64,000 bases of DNA from Neocallimastix sp. 'constans'. Lineage: Eukaryota. A program made the translations under genes and the position numbers. Under the pieces are notes generated by a model that saw only the letters and a program-made list of their open reading frames with translations, made no database searches and had not been told where the DNA came from. The stretch is taken from the NCBI GenBank assembly GCA_050613775.1, contig JBODTK010000128.1, positions 1 through 64,000 on the forward strand, read 5' to 3'. Of this stretch, positions 52,211 through 64,000 are shown piece by piece (position 1 is the first letter of the stretch; each line of letters opens with the position of its first letter).

Positions 52211-53155
52211 TTATAAAAAAGGAATTTTATTTCCTTTTTTTATTAATTATTTCTATCTCCATACTTTATTATTTATTTCAAAGTATTTATCGAAACATCT
52301 TTTTATAAATATTTGTAGATAATATTATCAAATTTAATAAAGTTTATATTATTAATAAAAAAACAAAAATTAGTAACATCATTTATTCTCATAATATATT
52401 AAGATACTTTTAAATTTTTATTAAATTTTTTTTGAAATACTCATGTTTAAATAAAAGTATAATTATTATTTTTGAATTTTGCCTCATTTTAGAAAATAAA
52501 TTTTTACTAATTATATAAATTTCAACTTTATTTTTGTTGCATAAAATATATAATTATATTTTATATTGTTATATAAGATAATATAATAAAATTATACATT
52601 AATAATTATATTTTATTTTTTAATTACTTTTTTTTTATTTTAGAAAAAAAAATAATAATAATAACATTTTTTTTTATTTTTTTTTATTTAATTATATATT
52701 TTTATTTATTTTTATTTATTTTTTATTTTTTATTTTTTATTTTTTTTTTTTTTGCTTAGGAAAAAATGAATTTCGAGTTTACTTTCAAATATTATCAAAT
52801 TTTTTTTTTTATAATTTTTACAAAAAATAAAATAAAAAAAATAATAGAAATATTTAACCAATAAAAATCATAATTTAAAATTAAAGAATTTTTCTTTTTT
52901 TTTTTAAAAAAATTTTTTTTATGACTTAACACAAAAAAAAAAAAAAAGTTAAATAAAATGAAAAACATTTATTAATATTTTTTTTTTAAAAAGAAATCTA
53001 AATCTTTATTTTATGTTACTTTTTTACCTTCTTCTTTAAACCTCACTTATATAATATATATATAAATATATAATGATAATAAGCAAAAGAAAAAAAAATT
53101 TATAGACGGACCATAATACATTTTTAACTTATTAATAAATTAATTAATTTAAATA

Positions 53156-53373
53156 ATGGAATTTTCATTAGAAAAGGGACAATTACTAAGCAATTTAAAA
53201 TTTAATATAGAAAATATTATTAGAGAAAAATCTGGATTTATAAATAAATTAAATATAGCTAATAATAATGAAGATCCTGTAGAATTTATTTCTGTCCTTG
53301 AGTCTTTCGAGAAAATTGATATAACGAGATGCTTTGAAATTAATGAAATTTTAAAAGATTTAATAATATCCTT

Positions 53374-53405
<32 letters not shown>

Positions 53406-56400
53406 TTAATAAAAGATTATTATTAAAATAATTATTATTATTTTTTCATTTCTGACTTTTTTTATATTTTATTTTTTTAAATTTTAAAGTTATTAAATTT
53501 AACTTCTTATCATTTATATATATATATTTTATTTATATTAATATACGCAATATTTAATAATGAATTAAATATCGAAAAGAAAATAGAATTAATTAAAAGC
53601 TTTGTAAAAATTATACCAAATATAGAATTATCAAAAATAAATGTTATATCTTTTTTTATAAAATTACATTTAAAGGTATATATAAGTCCTCTACTTTATA
53701 TTTTTATATAATATTTATATTTAAAAAAGTAATTAAATTTCTTTTTATATTTATTAATTTAATATATATACATATTAATTGTTAGAATGATATAAATGAC
53801 TTAGGGAATTTAGAAAATGAAAAAGAAATAGCAAACAATGTTCATGTATTTATTATCTTTAAAATTAAAATATGTATTAAATAATATTTATATTTGATAT
53901 AAATAGATATTAATTATAAATTTATTAATTTATAAATTGTAATTCTTACATAGCTTTATACTTTCACAAATTATTTAATAAAAGAATTTATTTCGTATTA
54001 TTATAATAGTATTAGAAATGATACTTTAAACTTTTTAAATGAAATTTTTGATAATGACGAAAAGGGAAATAATAAATTTAATGAATTTAATTCAAAAATA
54101 TTTTTCGAATGTACACAAACATTTTTATTTCTTCAGGTAAATATGAGGTTTTTATATTTAATTAATTATTAGTATTTAAAAGCTATTCATATTATTTAGT
54201 TAATTACGATAATTATTATTTAATAAATGTTAATTTATTCTATATATACTATCCATATTAAATTATATTTTAATAATTATAATTTGATATTTACATTAAA
54301 TATTTTTAGAATTTTAAAAAGAATAATTATAATTTATCTAACTCAACACATAATGATATTAAAAAATGTTATACAATGACAATGGAAATTTTACTTATTT
54401 ATATTGAAAATTTATCAGAAAAATATATATCAATATTTTTAGAATTTGACAATTCTTCCACATTATATAAATGTTATGGCAATGGTATATATAAAATGAA
54501 TACATTTATTTTGCTTTTTTTTTTATGTTTATTTTTATTTGATATATAAATTTTATGATATTAAATAAAAATAAATAGATAAATAAATAAATAAATAAAT
54601 AGAATAACTAATAGTAAAATCAATTTTTTTAATTATTAATATATTAATTTATCTTTAAATCAAGTTTGTAATCTTTTGATAACTTTATGTACAATATCTC
54701 CAAATGATTTTAAATTATTGAATTTTAGTTGGAAATTCTTAATTAGAGTTTCTTGCTCAGACAAATTAGTAGATAATATATCAAAATATTTTAAGGTAAG
54801 AAAAGATATTTTTTTTTTTTTTTTTTTTTTATGTATTACCTAAAATAAAATATACAAATTATTTAAAGAATATTAAAATTAAAATTAAAATTTTTTATAT
54901 ATGATCGATGAATTTAAATTCTTTGCTTAGTTGGATGAACCTATAAATGTTTGTTATGAAAATATTAAAACATTTTTTGATAAAGTAGTTGAATCAATAT
55001 TAAATGATAATATTAAGAGGGATCAACTTAAACGAAATATTACTTTAATTAAGTAATTATATACTCTATATTTGTCTTTTAAGTTAATAATATATTTATA
55101 AAATGTTGAAATTAATTTTATTATATTATATATTATATATAAATATATATGAATAAATGGATATATTTCATATATAAATATAGATTTTATTTAACCCATT
55201 TACATTCATTATGTATTAAACATTCAAATTATATATCTATTTATTCTATCGATGAAACTTTTCCTATTTTTAAAATGTAAATTTTTCTTCAAACAAAACA
55301 CTATAGTTTATAATATATCTTGTTAAAGTTTCATTAATTATTATTATTATTATTATTATTACATATTAATTTTAATTTTATTTATTTATTATTTTTTTTT
55401 TTAATTTTAGTTTTTTCAATCTTTGTTTATATATAAAATAGTAAGTATTTATATATAACTTTAGTTAAAATTTTATAAATTTATTTTCAAATAACTAATT
55501 TTTTTTTTTATTTTTATTTTTCTATATATATATATATAATTAATGTTAATATTATTAAAGTCACTTATCTTTGTTAATTTTTAAAATTGAAACTTTTAAT
55601 GAAGAACAAAATGAAGCTCTTGCTAAATTAAATGAAGTTTTGATACCAATAGATATAATATTTTCATATTTTTATTCAGCGAAAAATTTAAATGATTCCC
55701 AAAAATTAAATTATATTTTATATTTCATTCGCTTTTCATATGTTGATGTTAATATTGATAAATCTTATGCAAAAATTATTACTAATGATGGATTTTATTA
55801 TTCAAAACTTTTACAACTGGATAATATATTTCGCCATTTTTGGCAATTATCAGAAACTGTTCAACAAAATTTATTAAACTCATCCTCAAAAATTGATGCT
55901 AATGAAGTTGATGCTATTACTGGGAATGAGAAAAAAAGTTCCAACATTTTATATTGTTATTTCTCCTATATTGATAAGTGTCCATCCAATATACTAAGAC
56001 ATAAATTACCATCAGATGATGAAAGTAATGAATTATTAACTTTAGATCGAACAATTATCGTTACATTATCTTTACTTCCACATTATATTAATTTTTCATT
56101 ATTTAATTTATGGGAAAAGGTATATTATTAATAATAACATCTTATATATAATTAATAGTATTATTATGTATAATTATTACTGTTATAAAATATATTAGTA
56201 TTATTATTAAATAATTATTAAATAATTACTAATAAATTTATTTTTTCTACTAATAATTAAATATATATTTTTTTATTTTTATATTATTGTCTTTTTATTT
56301 TTTTAATTTAATAGAGTTATTTTTCATTGTTACTTTTTTATGAAAATCAAATTATTCAAACTATTTTATATGAATCTTGGTGTAATATATTTAAATATAT

Positions 56401-56532
56401 AAATAATGCAATTCAAGTATCTATAAAATTTTCTTTATAAACTTATAATTTCTTTAATAATAATATTTACATAGAAACATTATCTATTATTTATAATTAT
56501 CATACAATCATACATATATGATTTTAATTAAT

Positions 56533-56566
<34 letters not shown>

Positions 56567-57994
56567 ATTAATATATTTATGATTAATATAATAAAATAAT
56601 TAAATAGACAAATCATATAAAACAATTATATAACCTTCTCATATTATTTAAAAACACATCTTTACAAAGTACAATTAAAACTCTTTTAATTAAATTAATA
56701 AGGATAAATATGTTAAGTAACAGTAATAATAGTGGCAATAATAATAATAGTATAATTAAAGAATTATTTTCCATCACAACACAAGATATATGTAGTTCTG
56801 AAGTTGAAAATAAATTAATGATTTTAAATATGCTAAATGTTGATGATTTATATTATAAAGATAGTAATATTTATAAAACAGCATTAGAAATATGGGAAAA
56901 TATTTTATGTCCTTTATTAGAGCATCCTGATGAAAAGATTGCCTTATGGGCATTCAAAAAATGTTCATTACCTATAAGTATAATTCGAGGCTATTTAGAT
57001 CATGATGGTATTTTATCATTATCACCACAAGAAATTAAAAAATTGCAAGATGTTTCTATTGTATTACTTGGTAATTGTAAATCTGCTGCTCAAGCGGATA
57101 TTCAAGGACTATTAGAAGAAGAAGATAAGATGAACCCTTATTTAGTATGAATATTTTATTTATTTATTTATTAATAAATATTTTTTTAATAAATATAATT
57201 ATATTAATTATAATTATAAAAATCATAATCATAATAATCATAGTCAAAAGAATACTAATAATAATAAAGAGAAAATTTATAATATGTAAAATATTTTAAT
57301 ATTGTTAAATTAACTATTTTTTTTTTTTTCAATTTTAATATAATTTTAAGACATTTAAAACATTAGAATCTTTAATTGATATTTGTATATCTCTTATTAC
57401 AGAATATTCACCAAAAAATGTAATAAAGGTAAAATTTTAGTACATAGAATTTAATTTATTTTTTATTATAATATATTTAATAAAATAAATTTTTTCTTTA
57501 TATATATATTATTTAATTTTATTGCTAAATGTTTAATTTTAAAATTTAAATAATTATATATAACAGATACTGGAAATAATTGAAAATTGGCATTTTAAAG
57601 TACCTTATTTAAAATATGAATTAATACCTCATGTTTCAATTCTTAATTTCCTTTCTTCATGTGGTCAAATTGATTTTACCACCAAATATATTGTAATATA
57701 TCATTTAAAAATATTCATAAAAATAAAATTTATTATTAACAATTAAAAAAAAAAAAAAAAAAATATGTAATAATATTATTTATTTTCAATAATAAATGTT
57801 GTTTATAAATCAAAAAAAAAAAAAAAAAATTAATTATAGAATAAGGCAGGTGAATTATTAGAATTACTATATCATACCTATTTTGATTCAAGTAATTGGG
57901 TATTAAGACATCAAGCTTTTCTTTCAATTACTCAATTTGGTGTGGTAATTTTTTTTTTTATCATATTTGATTATTTCAATAATAATTATTAATT

Positions 57995-58031
<37 letters not shown>

Positions 58032-58850
58032 TTTTTACTATTATATTGTTATTTTATTGATAATTAAATATTTTAATTTTTGATATTTATTATTAAAATT
58101 TTAAATTTTTATATTTATTATTATTATAATGTTTTTAATTTTTAATTTTTATATTATTATTAAATAAAAAAGACTACAATACATTCAGAATTATTAAAAA
58201 AAATAGTAACTGAACCTTATCAACAACAATTCATTAATATAGTATCTGGTATACCAATATATGAAAAAAATAAAAATGTAATCATTATTAATAATTATAA
58301 TTACTATTTTAATATATAAAATAATTTAGAATTAATATTAATAATATAATAATATAATAATATAATAATAATATAATAATATAATAATATAATATAATAA
58401 TATAATATATATTATATATGATATTTTATATATGATATTTAGATAAATATTATATATAATGAAGAAAATAAAAATAATCAAACAATTTCGGTAAAGGAAT
58501 ATAAAAATTATTTTGAAAAAGAATTAGAAAAAGCTAATTTCAAAATACAGGATGATGATATGCTAATTGATAATAACAATGAAAATAATAAAAATATTTC
58601 GAATACATCTGTTAGTTCTAAAGGAAATACTAGTAAAGAAAATAATAGTGATAATAATAGTAATAAGAATCAAACAACAGAAATGCAAAAATGTATCCAT
58701 TCCTTAAAAGAGTGTATACAATATCTTGAACAAATTCAAAAAAATAATTATAGTGACAATTCAGAATTAATTTCAAATAATGAAATTATTTCTTTAAAAC
58801 TTCATATTGACACCTTTACAGATAATATAAAGAAGCGATTCTCTAAATAA
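53156..58850 (+). CDS. FIRRM/C1orf112 (DUF4487)-like helical protein, ~17 exons
   Basis: A chain of spliceable exons links tracked ORFs 53156, 55571, 56710 and 58560. Segments LNFSWKFLIR, LYESWCNIFKY and NWVLRHQAFLSITQFGVTTIHSELL resemble C1orf112 motifs as I recall them (NTWKFIIK, DxWCFLARY, WLLEQHTLEAFTQFAEGTNHEEI). The gene's existence is surer than the family call. Confidence 0.65.
53366..53546 (+). other. Probable U12-type AT-AC intron
   Basis: 5' end ATATCCTTT matches the minor-intron consensus, and the 3' end is ...ATATAC. Phase-0 removal fuses ...ILKDLI to AIFNNELNIEKK... and removes the stop at 53378. Confidence 0.75.
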
Positions 58851-58883
58851 TTATAAATAGGAATTTCTATTTTAGTCTTTTAC

Positions 58884-58930
<47 letters not shown>

Positions 58931-59362
58931 ATGATAAATATGATATCAATTTTCATTTCGTTAAATTCAAAAATTATAATTTTGTTTATATATTTTCATC
59001 TTTTTTAAAATAATAATAATAATAATAATTCAGTAAGATTATATTATCATCATCTATTTTATATAAATATATTACTAATCTTTCAATATTTAGATTGAAA
59101 AAAAAAGTGTAAAAAAATTATATATTTTATATATAAAATAATAATAAATAGATATTAAATAAAAATTTTATTTTAAATAAATAAAATAATTTTTTTTATA
59201 TACAAAAATAACTATATATATATATATATCTTATGTATTTATTTATATTATTTTTTCAATTATTGTTAAATAATTATTATCGAGTATAGGGATTATTATT
59301 ATTTTATAATGAATTATCTATAAATATACATATATTATATTAAATAAGAAATAAATAAGTGT

Positions 59363-59411
<49 letters not shown>

Positions 59412-59493
59412 TTTATTTTTTATTTTTTTTTTTTTTTTTTATCTAACTTTGTAACTAAACGTAATTAATAAAACATATAAACTTTAGGTAATA

Positions 59494-59528
<35 letters not shown>

Positions 59529-59605
59529 TACATATTATATATATATATATATATATATTTAAAGAATTGAGAATCATCTAATATTATAAATTTTTATATT
59601 TCTTA

Positions 59606-59636
<31 letters not shown>

Positions 59637-59739
59637 CCATATGAATATATGAATACTGTTGTATATTGAGATGGATTTTTTTTGTTTTGTTTTTGTTTTG
59701 TTTTATCATTATTTGTGAATACTTTTATTTATGATTTGA

Positions 59740-61170
59740 TTAAGATGATCCGGAATTCTTTCCTCTTATTTTATTTTCCATAAACGATGTATATAAGGCA
59801 GGATCTGGTAATTTATTATATTGGGAACTATCAATATTTAAAGATGAATCGCCTGCAGCTTCTTTCAAATGAAGAGCATCATTAAGTTTATCTTGAGTAT
59901 AAGTTGTATATAAAGCAGGATTATGTAACTGTTTATATTGTGAATTATCTACTTTTTGAATTTGAGCAATTTTTAATCTTTTTTTTTTTTTGTATTTTTT
60001 TTTTTTTTTTTTGTTTTGTTTTTGTTGTTGTTTTTGTTGTTGTTGATTTTGTTGTTGTTATTTTTGTTTTGTTTGTGTTTTTGTTTTTGTTTTTAAAAAA
60101 AAATTATAATGAATAAGAAAATTATTTAATAATAGAATAAAAAAAAAAAAAAAAAGAGAGAGAGAGAGAAAGAGAAAATAAATAAATTATAATAGTATAT
60201 AATATAAAAAATTTTAGTTTAAAATTGAAATATATCATTAATAAGTTACTTCTGTTTTTTTTTTTTTTTTTTTTAAAAAAAACAATTAATAGATATAAAT
60301 ATTATTTTGTATTATTATTTACTTTGTTCTAAATTGTTCCAATAATTTGGTTTTCTCAAGTAAATCATCGTACTCTTTTCTTTGTTTCTATCATGATTTA
60401 TTATATATCAAATATAATAGATTATAAAATAAAATAAATAGTTGTAATATAAATATAAAGTACAGATTGAATAAAGTAATGTACAGATTAAATAAAATAA
60501 AATAAAATAAAATAAATAAATTAATAATTTAATTAATAAATAAATAAATAAATAAATTAATAATTTAATTAATAAATAAATAAATAAATAAATTAATAAT
60601 TTAATTAATAAATAAATAAATAAAAATTATACACATATTAAATATGTATGATACTTACTATGCCGAGTTGATAATCTTTTTCTTCTTGTTTTTGAATGTT
60701 TTCTTTGTTCAAACGTTTTTTATTAATTTGATCAATTAAATCACTTGAGTATTGTTTTTTGTTCTATTATTAATTAATTAATTAATTAATAATAAGAATA
60801 ATAATAATAATAATATATATATATTTAATAATATTATATAATTTAAAGAATATTATTTTTTTTATATTTCCATAAATCATATTATATATCTAATTATATA
60901 CTTCTAAGTCTTTTTGAGCAGCTAATTTCTTTTCTTCTTCATATTTTCTAACATTTTCCATTAATTTTTCAATCTCACGTTTGTTTTCTTCTTGTTCTAA
61001 TCTATTTCTTTCCACTTCATTTTTATTATTATTATTATTGTTATTATTATTGTGGTTGTTTTTTTAATAATTTATTTATATATTTAAATAAATAATTTTA
61101 TTATTGAATTATTAATATTTAGTTTTAATACTTAAAATATTATATTTAAATTAGAAGATATATATATTAA

Positions 61171-61218
<48 letters not shown>

Positions 61219-61992
61219 TTTTATTTTTATTTTATTTTTTTTTTTTTCATACTTTTTTCATTTATTTGTTCTTGTCTAGCTTTCATAACTTCTTTCATCA
61301 AATTATCTCTTGCTAATTTTTCTTGCTTCCATTTTTCATAAAGCATTCTATTTCTCTATTTATTAACAATAATAATAAAAATATTTCAAGATAATATTTT
61401 GATAAATAATTAATATTTAAAATAGTGGTAATAAACAATAACAATAATAATTATATTTATGAAATATTATTTTTAATAAATTTTTTTTATTTTTTTTTTT
61501 TTTTAAAAAAAAAAAAAAACTATTATAACATTATATTATACTATATAATATAATCATATATTTATTTTATAATATTTTATTTTATTTTATTTTATTTTAA
61601 TATTATTTAATTATTAATTTTAATATTTTTTTCATACTCTATCATGTTCTTGTAGATAAGCATCATCAATTTGTTTTTGCCTTTCTTTTTCTATTAATTT
61701 TTGTCTCTTAATATGATCCATAAAGAGATCCATATCACGTTTAATGTCTCTTTTTCTTCTATTTTGTTCTTCTAAATCATTATCCATTTCTTTTTTCAAT
61801 TCATTAATAATATTCAAATCAATTTCAAGTTCTTTTTGAACTTCTTCAGCTTTTCTTCTTGCAGTTTCTCTATTAAATGCTTCTATTTCACGACTAGTAT
61901 TTATAGCATTTTGCTTTCTAATCATTTCATTACGTTGATCTTCCAATTGAATCATCTTAAGATGTTCTAACTATTTTATGTATATTAAAAAT

Positions 61993-62025
<33 letters not shown>

Positions 62026-62390
62026 AAAATATTAGATTGTTATATTATTGATTTTTATTATTTTTATTTTAATAATATTACTATAATTAGTATTTTTTAA
62101 TATCTTAATTTTTATTAATAATAATATTATTATTTATATGTATATTTATATTTTTATTACATCATATTGCTTTTCGATTTCTTTTAATCTTTCTTCTTCT
62201 TTTTTTCTCTTTTTTATTTCATTAATTTGTTCTTCCAAACATTTACCGATATACATTCCAATATTTCGTCTTTTTCGTTCCTCATTATTATAATATTCAA
62301 CTTTTTTCAATCTATTATTTTCTGCTAATGCATCCCATACTTTTGTATCTATTATATTAAATAAAGTATATACATATATTTTAATATAAA

Positions 62391-62461
<71 letters not shown>

Positions 62462-62742
62462 AATCAATATATTCAAGATTTTAATATTTTTATTATTCCG
62501 TATATTTTGATCCTTAATGATTATAAATAGTATGATATGTACATTCCATTTCAGCTTTCTTTGCTATTTCTCTTTGTAAAATCTGTTGTTCTTGTGCTGC
62601 TGCTATTTCTTTTTCTTTTAATTTACTTTCATATTCTCTTATTTCATGACAATTATTTCTATGATTTTAATTTATATATATTTAATTATTTCAATTAATA
62701 TTCGTCAAATTAATTTTAGTTTATATATATTATATTATTTTA

Positions 62743-62778
<36 letters not shown>

Positions 62779-63682
62779 AAATATTGAAAAAAAAAATCAT
62801 TAATATTCATTATACTAATTCTCATTCGTTCGAGAGAACATAATTTGAAAAAAAAATACTAACCTCCATAAATTATATAATGCATTTTCATTATCCTTTT
62901 TTTTTCTTTCTTCTTTTTTTTCTCTCAATACTTTTATTTCATCTTTCATACATTGAATTCTATCAAATACAGTTTCTCTACTTTCTTCAATTAATTTAGT
63001 CCATTCAATTCTATCTTTTTCATATAATTCTGCTAATCTATATATATATATATATATATTTAATAGTAATATATATTAACATTTTAATTTAATATCTATA
63101 AATAGTACTGAATTATTGCTAAATACATATACATTGTCAAAGGAAGTTGATAAAGAATATTTCAACTTGATTGAATTAATACCTTTGTTGCCTATGTTCA
63201 AATTGTTCTCTTTGAATATTTTTTAATTGAGTATAATTTTTATATAATTTATATCTCATGGTAGCATCGACAGTTGCTCTTTCAAAATCTGCTTTTTTGT
63301 CCATCATTTTATAGTAATTATTTTGCCTTTCCATGAATTCATGATCGGCTTCTTCTTTTCTCCTCTGCATGATAATATGATCTACCTGACGGTAGCCTCT
63401 TCTCGGCTGATGTTAATATTTAATTTAATTTAATTATATTATTTCATAATAAAATTAAAATTAATATTATAAAGGATAATTGTTTTTTAATTTTTTATTA
63501 TTATTTTTAATATATTCATTTTTAATAATAATATTTATAGTAATGATAATTTATTAAAATATTTTTTATTCTTATTTATATCATTTTATTTTTTAATATC
63601 GTTCTTATAGTATAAATATTATATGAATTTATATTACCTGTATAGCCTTTGGTGGATGTAGAATTTCTGATTCAAATCTCAT
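59740..63682 (-). CDS. CFAP53: Cilia- and flagella-associated protein 53 (trichoplein/TPH coiled-coil), ~11 exons
   Basis: GT-AG exons join in frame from ATG 63682 to TAA 59740. KADFE, RQQRLAELYEKDRIEW...SRET, LYNLWRNNCHEIR and KWKQEKLARDNLMKEVMKARQEQI follow the CFAP53/CCDC11 pattern. Confidence 0.75.
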
Positions 63683-64000
63683 TTTGGATTATTCCTTTGA
63701 AATAAAAAAAATAATATAAAAATATTTAAAAGGATGGTACTGAAAAACAATGATATGGTTTCTGATAATAATTTTATAGTTATTTGATATTATTTGATAT
63801 TATTTAATTATATTTGTTTTTTTATTCATATTATTTTTATTTTTAAGTTTATTTGACAAAATTTTTTTTAATTTATTATATTATTTTCTTTTTATCATTA
63901 ATATTAATTATAAATTATATATCTTATTTATATATATGTATATGTATATACATATTTAAACTTTATTTTTCTTATATTTCAAAATTTGAAAAAAAAATAT

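Noticed and set aside
56417..56426. Donor GTATCTAT as a second U12-type intron in the FIRRM-like gene
   Set aside because: Only a partial match to GTATCCTT, and compatible with the ordinary GTAT donors common in this window.

Overview
Extremely AT-rich, intron-containing eukaryotic DNA. The AT content, a fungal-type chromovirus and a motile-flagellum gene (CFAP53-like) together suggest an anaerobic gut fungus (Neocallimastigomycota); this is inference. The left ~33 kb is a transposon nest whose insertion order can be read from target-site duplications (TSDs). A complete Mutator-like element (1055-6958, 9-bp TSD) carries a 5'-truncated LINE. A full-length single-ORF LINE (7491-22881, 12-bp TSD) has its 5' UTR interrupted by an intact Ty3/chromovirus LTR element and by a second LINE family (19327-22456). 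The LTR element (12316-19166) has TA...TA termini and a Tf1-like self-priming signature. Next come an unexplained ~4-kb tandem array of 11 conserved imperfect hairpins (23.5-27.6 kb), a non-autonomous MULE-like element and a structured poly(A)-tailed SINE-like island. The right half holds five host genes: an F-box/PP2(Nictaba)-like gene, a four-CX9C (Mix14/CHCHD5-like) gene, a METTL21-family methyltransferase, a FIRRM/C1orf112-like gene with a probable AT-AC minor-spliceosome intron, and CFAP53. All gene models were spliced by eye, and family calls come from motif recognition, not database searches.
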